Origin: Octopus sinensis
Taxonomy: Eukaryota
Direction of reading: 5' to 3'
NCBI RefSeq assembly: GCF_006345805.1
Contig: NC_043022.1
Coordinates: 4,216,001-4,280,000 of the forward strand
Length of the DNA: 64,000 bases
Shown here: piece after piece, positions 1 through 12,010 of the stretch
Layout: every line of letters starts with the position of its first letter
Numbering within the stretch: the first letter of the stretch is position 1
Translations under genes and position numbers: made by a program
The notes under the pieces: model-generated
What the model saw: only the letters and a program-made list of their open reading frames with translations
What the model was told of the DNA's origin: nothing
Databases searched by the model: none

Positions 1-423
1 GTCAAACCATCCATGCCAGCATCAAAAAGGGACATTAAATGATGATGGTGACAATGAGGATATATATATATAGGTAGGTAAGTGACTTAGCAACATCTCA
101 CCTGTGAACTACAGGTGCAAAAATGCATTGAAACAATTGTAGTAAATTTGAATAAAGAATCTTGTTAATTCCATCTCAGTTTTTGATCTAGCCACACACA
201 CACACACACACAATTCTATACATCATAGAAGTTGAGGGACCAATACAAAGTGTACACTGGATTTGAACTCTTGATCGTGCCAATCAAAATTTCATATTGT
301 GTTCCAAGCGTTTTCCATTTTGTCACTAAATAAGGTTTGTACTTCAATGTCTGTAGGGTGGGTGATCTAACAGAGCAGCCAACGCTCAAATCAACTCTGA
401 TATGAAACAAATTCAGACAAGCT

Positions 424-890
424 ACATGAGGTAACACAGCAGACCCTGTCAGTATCCCACCAACGTGAGGTAACACAGCAGACCCTGTCAGTACCCCACC
501 AACATGAGGTAACACAGCAGACCCTGTCAGTATCCCACCAACATGAGGTAACACAGCAGACCCTGTCAGTATCCTACCAACATGAGGTAACACAGCAGAC
601 CCTGTCAGTATCCCACCAACATGAGGTAACACAGCAGACCCTGTCAGTATCCCACCAACATGAGGTAACACAGCAGACCCTGTCAGTATCCCACCAACGT
701 GAGGTAACACAGCAGACCCTGTCAGTATCCCACCAATGTGATGTAACACAGCAGACCCTGTCAGTACCCCACCAACGTGAGGTAACACAGCAGACCCTGT
801 CAGTACCCCACCAACATGAGGTAACACAATAAACCATTAGTACTACACCTACATGAGGTAACATACTAAACCCTGTCAGTACCCTACCTA
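424..890. repeat. 39-bp minisatellite, ~12 units (AACATGAGGTAACACAGCAGACCCTGTCAGTATCCCACC)
   Basis: Directly visible tandem units. The 39-bp period explains the LPHVGGILTGSAV repeat in ORF 216..827. Confidence 0.95.
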
Positions 891-1029
891 TCCTAGTGAT
901 GATGATAATGGTAATAGATATATACCTGGCATGGGTTGACAAAGAAACTCTTCTGCAGCAGCAGCAAGACAACACAAGATGTCGTACCACTCAAACGACC
1001 TACAATAAACTACAGGAACTTTTAGCAAA

Positions 1030-1837
1030 TTGATGTCATACCCAGCACAGAGTCTGAACGCAGCTTCCTCAGATTATCTGATCCATGGCCCACTTCCTGA
1101 AGCCACAATGCCTCACCAACCAAGAGAAGGTAGAAGCTTCAATGAAGGTATTTTGCACCTCAAAGGACACGAACTGCTATCCAGCACGAGATCCAAGAAC
1201 TAGTAGAAAGGGGTCTCAGACTGTGCAACATTGTAAAACCTTCGACTCAACACAGCAGAATGGAGCATGGATCTAATGCCACACGCAGGAATATAGTCCA
1301 GACCTAGCTCCCTCGGATTATTTCTTGTTCCCTTCCATAGCTTACTTCCTGTGTTCATGCTGTTTTATCAATCAAGAGGAGGTGGAAGATACAAGAACTG
1401 GTTAGGGTTAGGGGATCCAAGAAGTGACAGAAAGGGGTCTTCAGACGGTGCACTATGATGGCCTCTTCTTTGAATTCTTGGCTGCTTTTGGTGTAAATTG
1501 ACAAATAAAATACTGCAAAACCTTTGACTCAACACCATAGAATGGAGCATGGTTCTAATGCCACACACAGAATATAGTCCAGACCTAGCTCCCTCGGATT
1601 ATTTCTTGTTCTCTTCCATAGCTTACTTCCTGTGTTCATGCTGTTTTATCAATCAAGAGGAGGTGGAAGATACAAGAATTGGTTAGGGTTAAGGGATCCA
1701 AGAAGTGACAGAAAGGGGTCTTCAGACGATGCAACATGATGGCCTCTACTTTGAATTCTGGACTGTTTTTGGTGTAAATTGACAAATAAAGCAAATAACT
1801 TACGAAAATATTGCAAAACTTTTGATTCAACACAATA
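1030..1837 (+). mobile_element. Three tandem 3'-end fragments of a mariner (DD34D-type) transposon
   Basis: Translates to MPH.EYSPDLAPSDYFLF (twice), a degenerate MSYPAQSLNAASSDY, MAHFL...NQEKVEA and HDGLYFE. Each unit ends in a TIR-like TGCAAAAC(C/T)TT(T/C)GA(C/T)TCAACAC. Confidence 0.85.
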
Positions 1838-2477
1838 ATAACTAACTTTAGGCACAGACAATGAAGTGATGTAGCAAGCAACTGGGTGAGATTTATCAAG
1901 AGCAAACAAAATGTAGAATTGAAAGGAAGGGGTGATGTACGGATTTGACCAAAACGCATGAAATGTAGTTAAATATTTTAATTATTACCTCCAGCAAGAT
2001 ATCTTCTTAAAAACGGTGGGGGGGGGATCAACTATGTCTGAATTTGCTGGTGGAGTTCACAGAGTGAGGGGAGAAAGGTTGAAAGGTGGGTGGCGTCCAG
2101 TAATGAAAATATTAGCTAATTTCCTACAGGCTGTCAGGTAATTATTAAGTAAACAACTAGTTTACTAGCAAGGTTGGCTATCTCTATTAAGAAATTCACA
2201 CAAGAGGTATTCACGGGGTTGATGTATCTGTAGATGATAAGATTCTAATGCACCACCGTTCAGCTTCTACAAATTGCATTTGAGGGTTTGGGAGTGGAAT
2301 AAATTCTTCATAAATCTAGCAGCCTTGTCTACAGCTGTAAACTAGTCAGGTTTTTCAGATAGGAAAGGAGTGTAATTCCTACTTTGATTTCAGAAATAAC
2401 ATGTTGTAACTTTTAGAGATAAATCAGCAAAGGTGTGTAGATGGAGGAAGAACAAGATAAACTTTACAGGTAAACTG

Positions 2478-2541
2478 TTAACTCTTTTCATATTAACACA
2501 CCTGAGACCCACCCTTGTTCTATGATACACCTTTCCTGTTT
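2478..2541 (+). mobile_element. Fragment of TTAA-flanked MITE family J (piggyBac-type end)
   Basis: TTAACTCTTTTCATA...GTTCTATGAT matches the reverse complement of 55020-55116. Confidence 0.5.
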
Positions 2542-2726
2542 TAACCCTTTAGTGTTCAGATTACTGTGCCAAATGTAATGCTTATTTATTCATATTGCTT
2601 TCAATTAATCATGGATTATCTCATAGCTTCAAAGCTCTCAATGATGTGATTATTTATTTTTAGAATGACATTGTAGGATAGGTGCGAGAGGCAAGATCTA
2701 GCCAGCATAAAGCAGACAGGATATTT
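2541..2726 (+). mobile_element. piggyBac-type MITE family D (TTAACCCTTTAGCATT...AATGCTAAAGGGTTAA)
   Basis: Starts TTAACCCTTTAGTGTTCAGATT. The ~220-bp body is shared with about ten other copies in the window. Confidence 0.75.
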
Positions 2727-2744
2727 AATATATGTATATATTAT

Positions 2745-3096
2745 AGGTGAAGGAGTGGATGTGTGGTAAAGAGCTTGCTTACCAACCACATTGGCACCTT
2801 AGGCAAGTGGTTTCTACTATATATAGCCACGGGCCAACCAAAGCCTTGGAAGTGGATCTGGCAGATGGAAACTGAAAGAAGCCCATCGTATATGCGTGTA
2901 TGTGTGTGTGTTTCTGTGTTTGTCCCCACCACCATCGCTTGACAACCGATGCTGGTGTGTTTATGTGCCCGTAACTTAGCAGTTCGGCAATAGAGACCGA
3001 ATAGGTACTAGGCTTACAAAGAATAAGTCCTGGAGTTGATTTGTTTGACTAAAAGTGGTGCTCCAGTATGGCCACAGTCAAATGACTAAAAGAATA
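2745..3096 (+). mobile_element. tRNA-headed SINE family A
   Basis: A-box-like head, body GGCAAGTG...GGAAACTGAAAGAAGCCC, internal TA/TG tract, 3' CCAGTATGGCCACAGTCAAATGACT. Confidence 0.85.
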
Positions 3097-3114
3097 ATTA
3101 CTGATGTAACATTA

Positions 3115-3310
3115 TATATGTTTAGCATTCAGATTACTCTGTCAGAAGTAAAACTCATTTATTCACATCGTTTTGAATTAATTATGTATTATTTCATAAT
3201 TTTGAGATTTCAATGATATTATTTACTTTTAGAAACACATTGTAGGATAGGTGTGAGATGCCAGATCTGGCCAGTTTGAAATTAAAGCAGGTAGAATATT
3301 TGACATATAT
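3115..3310 (+). mobile_element. MITE family D copy
   Basis: TTTAGCATTCAGATTACTCTGTCA...GGTAGAATATTTG matches the family. Confidence 0.75.
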
Positions 3311-3683
3311 AGCTGTGTAAAGGCATGCCAAGCTATAACTGTGGAGGGTAGCTGTGCAAGGGGTGGACCCAGAAAGATGTGGGACGAAGTGATGAGAAAG
3401 GATCTTCGGACGCTGGGCCTCACTGAGGAACAGATGAGGGACCAGGAGATGTGGCCATTTGCTGTACTTGAGAAGACATGTCAAGCTAAGTAAAACTGCT
3501 GTCTTCCACACGTATAGGCTTGTCCTTTGCAGGTGCCAGTGCCACATAAAAAGCACCTGTGCCAGTAAATGTACCTATGCCGGCGGCAAGTAAAAAGGGG
3601 CCCCCAACACACTCTGTTAAGTGGTTGGCATGAGGAAGGGCATCCCACCGTAGAAGCCATGTCACGACAGATGATGATGAGAT
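3311..3683 (+). mobile_element. RTE-clade LINE 3' end (ORF2 C-terminus plus 3' UTR with GAT tail)
   Basis: 3311-3493 reads SCVKACQAITVEGSCARGGPRKMWDEVMRKDLRTLGLTEEQMRDQEMWPFAVLEKTCQAK*, matching the RTE EG..RGRP.K.W...D...W motif. It is followed by GTGGTTGGCATGAGGAAGGGCATCC and GATGATGAT. Confidence 0.85.
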
Positions 3684-3704
3684 CATCGATGTGTATAGCA
3701 TTAA

Positions 3705-3930
3705 TATTAAGCCTTCAGCATTCAGATGTCTCTGTCAAATGTTAAAGCTTGTTTATCCAAATTGTTTTGAATTAATCATGAATCATCTTGTAGCTTCGAA
3801 GCTTTCAATGATGTGACTGCTTAATTTTAGAATGACATTGTAAGGTAGGTGTGAGAGGCTAGATCTGGCCAGTGTGAACATAAAACAGAATATTTGGACT
3901 AGATATGGCTGAATACTGAATACTTAAGGG
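3705..3930 (+). mobile_element. MITE family D copy
   Basis: Same body as 2541-2726 with decayed ends. Confidence 0.7.
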
Positions 3931-4182
3931 TCAAGGGGCTCTAAATTAAAAGAATCTGTTAAATACACTTGTAAGCTTCCAAAATGACAAAAATTTCTTT
4001 TACTCAATTCTTTGCCGTTTTCAAAATTCATAGCAACAAAGGCAATATGACAACAACACAGAGAGAAGCGTAAATAGTCAACTTGGAGACAGAAGTAAAT
4101 GTGACCTTTTAAGAATGATGATAAAAAACAAAAAAAAGGAAAAAACGTTGTGACAGTTGGCTGTAAATGAGGGCAGACTACA

Positions 4183-4214
<32 letters not shown>

Positions 4215-4931
4215 CCTGACGTTGCTATATGGAGTGCAAAAAAGTCAGACAAACTATTCATGAAGGATCAGAGGCCGTGTCTAAGTATAATTGAAGAGAA
4301 TCTGTGTGAATGGAGGATGGCGGAGGCGATTGTTTACAACTGCGACGACCACCACATCCTTTCAAGAGAATCACAAAGTAATTGGAGGAAATAAGCCGTG
4401 CTCTGATATTTTAACATTTCGGTTGAAAGCCTAAACATTAAGTCGATCCAAAAACAAAAAAACACATACATTGAAATTGGTGAGATTTCTGAGTTTATAG
4501 GTTAACAAGGGAGATGAAGAGCGGAGGATGTTACTAGAAAGATGTCAAATTGAAGGAAATTTCAGCGACAACTAACGAGGCGGGCAAGTAAATACAGCAA
4601 AAACAGTCCAAACTCTATCGGCGTTGTTGCTTAACATCACCCTCACATCTTTTACGCTTCCACACATTGCAATGTATTACGATTGACAACATGGGATTTT
4701 GGATCACTTTTAACATGAAAACGTGGTGCCCACTCACCCTGCACGGAAAAGGATATTACTAGCAGGGGGTGTGGAATCGGGGTCGAAGTCATACAGTCAG
4801 AAACAGTTAAGGGGTAGCTGGAGTCTAAGTCGGTAAAACTATACTGACTCCGACTCACAATACCTCTATTCTTTAATATAAACCAGTTGTAATATATAGG
4901 CTGACTCAGAGTGCAAGTGTATGTATGTGCC

Positions 4932-5114
4932 GTATTTCATCTGCCATTACGTTCTGAGTTCAAATTCCGCCGAGGTCGACTTTGCCTTTCATCCTTTCGG
5001 GGTCGATAAATTAAGTACCAGTTACGCACTGGAGTCGATGTAATCGACTTAATCCGTTTGTCTGTCCTTGTTTGTCCCCTCTGTGTTTAGCCCCTTGTGG
5101 GTAGTAAATAAATA
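4932..5114 (+). mobile_element. tRNA-headed SINE family B, 5'-truncated
   Basis: B-box GAGTTCAAATTCC, core CTTTGCCTTTCATCCTTTCGGGGTCGATAAATTAAGTACCAG, tail CCCCTTGTGGGTAGTAAA. Confidence 0.85.
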
Positions 5115-6028
5115 TTTATGAGATATGTAGACCACAATCACTTGAAGACATGTAGAGGAGTCAGAGGTACCAATAGTAGAGGAGTCAGAGTTTTTTGTTT
5201 TGACTTCATGGCCCTGGTTACTAGTCACCATGGCAACAAGAGTACCAATTAAACCGACATCAGGGGGAACTGTATGTCAAAATGGACAAAACCATCGCTA
5301 AGACATTTATCATTTGAGCTACCTTGGAAACACTGCAACACATGTGGCTAGGGTAATACAATGTGTGCCTTAAATAGGGGCCACTCACATGTAACTCAAT
5401 ACAAACCAGTTGATAACGTTACCATGGTAACATGATGCACTATGACAGAAACACAACATATGCCACCAATATAACATATGTGCCATCACAGTAACACATG
5501 CTGCCACAGTGGTGCACCACATGGCACCATAGTGACACGCCATGTGCCAGCAAAGTAACATGGAAAGTACCATGATACAGTTTCCATTCTACATAGTGGT
5601 TAATATAATTTTATAATTAGCTAATGAAGCAAATGGGTGATTAAGTCAACTCCAGATTTTGTATTTTCTCAACAATAGTGTTGTTCTCTGTCCAATTACT
5701 GGTTAACAGCACAGAGTTAGACAAGGGAGTGTCTCTAACTTGATGCAGAACAAATATCACAAGAGTACCAGTTATTCCTGATCAACACAAGTGTGTATGT
5801 ATATGTGTGTATATACGTGTGTATAAAAAGTTACCGTTAACAAAAGTCAGGATGTGTGACATTCAGTTACTCAACAAATGAAAAATGCATTGAATAGACA
5901 CAGAAGGACCCTAATTCTTTATCAGTTATTGACCAAAATGTTAGTAATTTGGTTGATAACTGAATTAGGGTCCTACTGTGTCTGTCTTATGCATGTTTTT
6001 TTTTTTGGTATTCAATGTGTTTTTCATA

Positions 6029-6074
<46 letters not shown>

Positions 6075-6075
<1 letters not shown>

Positions 6076-6272
6076 TCTCTTTTACTTGTTTCAGTCATTT
6101 GACTGCGGCCATGCTGGAGCACCGCCTTTAGTCAAGCAAATCAACCCCAGGACTTATTCTTTGTAAGCCCAGTACTTATTCTATTGGTCTCTTTTGCCGA
6201 ACCGCTAAGTGATGGCGACGTGAACACACCAGCGTCAGTTGTCAAGGAATGCTAGGGGGACAAACACACACA

Positions 6273-6325
<53 letters not shown>

Positions 6326-6495
6326 TATATATATGACGGGCTTCTTTCAGTTTCCGTCTACCAAATCCACTCACAAGGCTTTGGTTGGCCCGAGGCTATA
6401 GTAGAAGACACTTGCCCAACATGCCACGCAGTGGGACTGAACCCGGAACCATGTGGTTGGTAAGCAAGCTACTTACCACACAGCCACTCCTGCAC
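6075..6495 (-). mobile_element. SINE family A, full length
   Basis: Reverse complement of the family A consensus from CAGGAGTGGCTGTGTGG to AAACAAGTAAAAGAG. Confidence 0.9.
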
Positions 6496-6502
6496 TCATA
6501 TA

Positions 6503-6547
<45 letters not shown>

Positions 6548-7442
6548 GTGCACATAGACATGTGCGCGCGCGCACACATTTTACATTACATAATATATAT
6601 ATTTACAAAACTAAAATTGAGGAATGGACATTCTTTGGTAAATCAATTTGCTGGTGTGAGAGGATAAGGAACAAAACAAAGAGTACAAAATTTCAGGCTG
6701 AGGTTGTTCAACAACAGTGAGGGAGAGGAGGAGGAGGAGGAGGGAAGGGAAGTTCCACGGAAAGCATGAAATCCATATGGTGAATGAAGGAAGGCAGGAA
6801 AGTGGGAGGGGGGGCTTTATAGTCAAGGGAGATAATATGTCAGTCTTTATATGTGTACAAGTGACATGTATGGGGGTGAGAGACACGTAGGGATGTGTGT
6901 CTGAGATGTGTGCGCATGTATGAGAGATGTGTGCTTGTGTGTGCGACAGATGTGAGTGCGTGTGAGCGAGAGAGAGCTGTGTATGTGTGTGAAACGAGTA
7001 CGTGAAATGTGTGAAGTGTATGGGTGTGCATGGGAGAGAATATGAGATAGAAAAAAAGAAAGGAAGGAGTGTGTGTGTGTGTGTGTGTGCACTCATGTGC
7101 GTGAGAGGGAGACAGAGAATATGCTTACATGGGGTAATGTGTGTACAGATATATCAGTGAATGACTGAGTGGAAATTGTGTGTGTGTGTGTGTGTGCATA
7201 CAGCAGTGTAGGTACTGTGAACAAGGCATTGTGCATGAGTGCGTGTGTGTGTGTGTGAGCCGAGCAGGTTAGGTGGGGAAGAAGTGTTACTAAATGAAAA
7301 CAAGGCAATGATTAATCCCAGCTGGGAGGAACAGATTAGCTGATACCCGGGGAGCAAAGAGGAGGCAGTTGATCCACAGTGGAAAGGGACACTCCAGATG
7401 GGGACAGTCAGTTACAAACTGGAGTGATCCGGGGCTGTTCAT

Positions 7443-7853
7443 ACTCTTTACTCTCTTTTACTCTTTTACTTGTTTCAGTCATTTGACTGCGGCCATGCTG
7501 GAGCACCACCTTCAATCGAGTAAATCGACCCTGGGACTTATTCTTTGTAAGCCGAGTACTTATTCTATCGGTCTCTTTTGCCGAACCGCTAAGTAACGGC
7601 GACGTAAACACACCAGCATCGGTTATCAAGCAATGCTAGGGGGACAAACACAGACACACAAACACACACACACATAATATATATACATATATACGACGGG
7701 CTTCTTTCAGTTTCCGTCTACCAAATCCACTCACAAAGCTTTGGTCGGCCCGAGGCTATAGTAGAAGACACTTGCCCAAGCTGCCATGCAGTGGGACTGA
7801 ACCTGGAACCATGTGGTTGGTAAGCAAGCTACTTACCACACAGCCACTCATGC
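7443..7853 (-). mobile_element. SINE family A, full length
   Basis: As above, near consensus. Confidence 0.9.
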
Positions 7854-8544
7854 AGCACATTTTAAACATAATTGTTGAAATCATCTGTCTGGCTCTGACT
7901 GGTTTCCTCAGTAATTGACAATACACAATATGTTTTGGTGGTACAGGTAATATGGCTGGTGACATGGAAGTGTAAAGTGGTAGGATGGCAGGAGGGAAGA
8001 TATTTAGTGGTAAGGTAAATTGAGGGCTGAGATGTAAGCAATAGCAGTGGCAGAAGTGTGGGGGAGGCATCAACAACTGGTTGAGAGGTACCTATATATA
8101 TATGTGTGTGTATGTATATATAGATAGATAGATAGATAGATAGATAGACGGACATGGCTATGTGCAAAGAAACCCACTTCTCAATGACATCGTCCTGGGT
8201 TCACACCCACTGCATGGCACCTTCAGTAAGGTCAACCAAAGCCTTATGAGTGGATTTGGTTGATGGAAACTGAAAGAAGCCCATTGTGTATGTGTGCGTT
8301 TCTCTTCATGTCCCATCACTGCTTGACAAACAGAGTTGGTTTATTTACATTTCTGTAACTTAGCAGCTCAGCAAAAGACACTGGCATAATTTCAGGGGAA
8401 GAGGCAAGCCAATTACATTGACCCTAGTGCCGGTCTGGTACACATTTGACCTCAAGTGGCCTGAACTCTTTACATGAACACCACCCTGTACTTAACTCCA
8501 TGTCCCCCTACATGGCCTTGCTATTTGCTTTTGAGCCAAATTAA

Positions 8545-8700
8545 TAACTAACTAACTAACTAACATTTCATCGACCCCCAAAAGGATAAAAGGCAAAGTC
8601 AACCACAGCAGCATTTGAACTCATACCGTACATAAAGACAGACAATATGCCGCTAACCATTCTGCCTGGCGTGCTAACCATTCTGCCAGCTCTCCTACTC
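8545..8700 (-). mobile_element. SINE family B, degenerate
   Basis: AAAGGATAAAAGGCAAAGTCAACC...TTTGAACTC...TTCTGCCAGCTC. Confidence 0.7.
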
Positions 8701-9699
8701 CCCCCCCCCATCATCATCATCATTAATAATAAAATAACAACAGCTCAATTGATAAAAATTTATTGTAATCCAATAAAAGATGAAATACCTCGCTCCTTAA
8801 CCTGTTAAGCAGGGTCCTTATTTGATTATATATATATATAAACTTTTGCATCTAAACCTATCAAGTTTTCATATAGAGCAATAACTGGCCCTGTTTACCA
8901 TAAAATTGTCATTAAACTGCAGCACTTCCTTTAACAGCGTCATCATCATCATCAACATAGTCTAACTGGTGCAACACACTTAAGGCTATGTTGTTAAAAA
9001 CACTACCGAGAGAATTACATCAAATATGAGAGATAAGTGGATATAAGAGAAATGGCAACCAATTAGGTTGTTCATCTTCTGCCTCCACCTCCCTCTTCAT
9101 GAGTGGTGGTGATGGTTATATTTATAACCACCACCACCACCACCACCACCACCACTGGCAAGAGTATAAGGAAACAATAGAACACTGGTGGTGGTGGCGG
9201 TGGTGATGTGAGAGACTAGCATGATGTTATCCCCACCACGACTTCTATTGACTCTCTTTATGGTTACTGAAGCTGCTAGAAATAGCAGCCAAATTTCTCT
9301 CAAACCCATACATTACCAATTTCAAAAAGTGAAGGCCACATTAGATAATGCTCAAAGCTGTTATATTTCTACGGCTGCCAACTGGTAAGTGGAACTGAAG
9401 GACATCGGATACGGGTGACAAGGTGTTTTGTGGAGATCGAAAGGACGAGAGAGACAGACAGAGAGCGAGAGGGAGCAATATGTCAGTGAGTGTTGATGTA
9501 AACAAACCAACAGCAATTGTCAAAAAGTGGGAGTCAAACAAAGAAACACACACACAAGTACATGCACATACCTTGCACACACACACACACACACACACAC
9601 GAAGACACCCACGTATAAATGTATATCACATAATCAGGCTATCAGATGTTGTTACACATCGCTGGTCACAATGCGCTATTGCATTGTTTTAGCCATCAA

Positions 9700-9880
9700 A
9701 TGATGCCACCCTGCTGGCTGGGTGAATAGGCCCTCCCCCACTTGATTGAAAGTGGGGGCTGGAGCAACGTGAAATGGAGTGTTTTGCACAAGAACAGAAC
9801 GCACTGCCCATTCAGGGAATCAAACCCATGATCTAGCGATCGTGTGCGCCAATAGCCTAACCACTAGGCTACATGCCTTC
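9700..9880 (-). mobile_element. tRNA-headed CORE-like SINE family E
   Basis: GGAGCAACGTGAAATGGAGTGTTTTGCACAAGAAC...CTAACCACTAGGC is the reverse of the E head and core. Confidence 0.7.
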
Positions 9881-10127
9881 ACAATACACACACACACAAA
9901 CATACACTGAGGACTTCCTTACAGTTTCATTGTACCAAATGCAGTGATAAGGCCCGATCCAGGGCTATAGCAGAAGTCACATGCCCAAAGTATTGTGCAG
10001 TAGGACCCAAACCAAAACCTCACACTTGCAAAACATCTTCACAACACAGCCATTCTTTAAATATCTTTTTGCAATATTCCCCATTATATGTGATACTCCA
10101 TTGAGTAGTATGACAAGATGATGATGA

Positions 10128-10420
10128 TCATCATCATCATCGTCATTTAATATCTGTCTTCCATATCAGCATGGGTTGGACAGTTTGGCAGGAGGAGCAG
10201 GCAAGGCCAGGGGACTGCATTAGGCTCCACTGCCTGCTTTGGCATGGTTTTTTCGACAGGATAGCCTTCCTGATGCCAACCACTTTACAGAATGAACTGG
10301 GTGTTTTATGTAGCACCAGTGTGGGCAAGGTGACCAAGTAACCTGCAAGACAAAGATCCTTTGAGAGGGGAGCGGCATTGGAGGGCAGTGGCTTTGTACC
10401 AGGTGATGAGAGGTTAGAAA
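10128..10420 (-). mobile_element. RTE 3' UTR fragment
   Basis: (CAT)n tail, then CCATATCAGCATGGGTTGGAC...GCCTTCCTGATGCCAACCAC. Confidence 0.75.
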
Positions 10421-11404
10421 GGTGTCCTACTGTAGAGGAAACACATGGTTACTCCAAAGAGAGAGAGAAACGGTGGCGATATGCCAGGGAAAACTCTCAA
10501 GGCATGGCAATGAGAAAATGAACAGGATGGCAGAGCATGGGTGCATGAATAGGGAGTTCACATGAATGCAAAGGGTGGGGGTGGGAATGGTGGAGAATGC
10601 AGTGATTGGTGACCCCCACCACCACCACCACCACCACACCGGATATAAAGGTGAGGGTGAGGAGACGACAACAGGATAGCAATAATAGACTTTAATAAAA
10701 GCCCCATTGAACCCAAACAGCCAGCAACTATAAACATTGAGATTTTGACGAAGTTAAGTGCCAAGCCGAGGAGGAGACAACCTCTCAAGTGGTCCAAAGA
10801 ATAGTTAGTAAAGTGAATGATAAGTGGCTATGAAGAAATATCTGCTTTAAAATAGCCAAAACCCCCACCCCCAGCCATATAGATATGTTTGTCCAATGCA
10901 AACGGATCCTGCCAAACAACAAAACAATGGAAGATGGCCTAACAAACAGAGACAGATGTTGTCTAATGCTAATATTGCGCTGCCTCTCTCTCTCTCTCTC
11001 TGCTACAGGAGTCCACAATGGGGGCTAGAAACCTAGATTGTTGTTTAACAGATGGATTAAATTTCAGTTCACAAAAATAAATAGTTTGCCATTAACCCCT
11101 AACGACATACAGCCATCACTATCATTTCCATTAACAAACAACCTATTAACACCATCATCACAACAAAATATTTCAGTTTTCAATTTATGTCTGAACATTT
11201 TTAAATATTATTTTCTGTTTTCAAATATGGGTGTGTGCACAACTTTTGCTTCCATCTCTCTCTCTCTCCCCCCTGTATGAGTCCACTAGGGGGGCTAGGA
11301 ACCGAGATTGTGGTTTAAGATGGATTAAGTTACAAACAATTAAAACAAACCATTTTTTTTACCATCAGCGGACATGAAAATGAAATAAAATGAGAATATC
11401 AAGC

Positions 11405-11640
11405 CAGACTCATGATTAAAAGATTGCGGTTTCAATTCCTGGACCGGGCAGTGCATTGTGTTCTTAAGCAAGACACTTCATTTCATGTTGCTCCAGTCCA
11501 CTCAGCTAATGGTTAGGATGTTGCACTCATGACTTCTAGATTGTGGTTTCAATTCCTGGACTGGGCAGTGCATTGTGTTTTTGAGCAAAACACTTCATTC
11601 CACATTGCCCCAATCCACTCAGCTGGCAAAAAGGAGTAAT
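11405..11640 (+). mobile_element. Two tandem SINE E head/core segments
   Basis: GGTTTCAATTCCTGGAC.GGGCAGTGCATTGTGTT...CACTTCATT...CCACTCAGCT occurs twice. Confidence 0.8.
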
Positions 11641-11664
11641 CCAGTAACTATAAATAAATATATA

Positions 11665-12010
11665 TATGAAAAGGGTAAAGACCCCCTTCAGTCATGAATG
11701 ACCATAGGATTGCACCTAGAAAGTTACCCTTCTAGGCACAAGTCCAGGCAAGGTTGTTTATGGCAGACCAGCAGTCCACCCATGCGTACCAGCCTCCTTC
11801 CTCTCCGTCCCACCAATGTTACCGAAGGGAAAGGCATAGGGTCCGATACAACTTGGCACCAGTGACGTTGCAACTCATTTCTACAGCTGAGTGAACTGGA
11901 GCAACATGGAATAAAGTGCCTTGCTCAAGAACACAGCACACAGCCTGGTGCAGGAATTGAACTCACGACCTCGTGATTGGTAGCCCGACGGTTTAACCAC
12001 TGAGCCATGC
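11665..12010 (-). mobile_element. Full SINE with E-type head and core and an ACCCTTT-type tail
   Basis: On the minus strand: TGGCTCAGTGG A-box, GAGTTCAATTCC B-box, TTCTTGAGCAAGGCACT core, 3' GGGGTCTTTACCCTTTTC. Confidence 0.75.

Noticed and set aside
424-890. CRISPR-like regular repeats
   Set aside because: The units are directly tandem with no unique spacers, there are no cas genes, and the context is eukaryotic.
216-990. 203-aa and 138-aa ORFs with repeated peptides
   Set aside because: They are read-throughs of a 39-bp minisatellite, with no domain, splice or codon evidence.
9100-9210. Short hairpin GGTGGTGATGGTTATA-TT-TATAACCACCACC and opposing CAC/GTG tracts
   Set aside because: Explainable as adjacent inverted microsatellites, with no further support for function.
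11010-11335. ~60-bp partial duplication (GAGTCCAC...GGGGCTAG.AACC.AGATTGT) ~270 bp apart
   Set aside because: Short, diverged and CT-microsatellite-anchored, so most likely an old local duplication of no evident significance.
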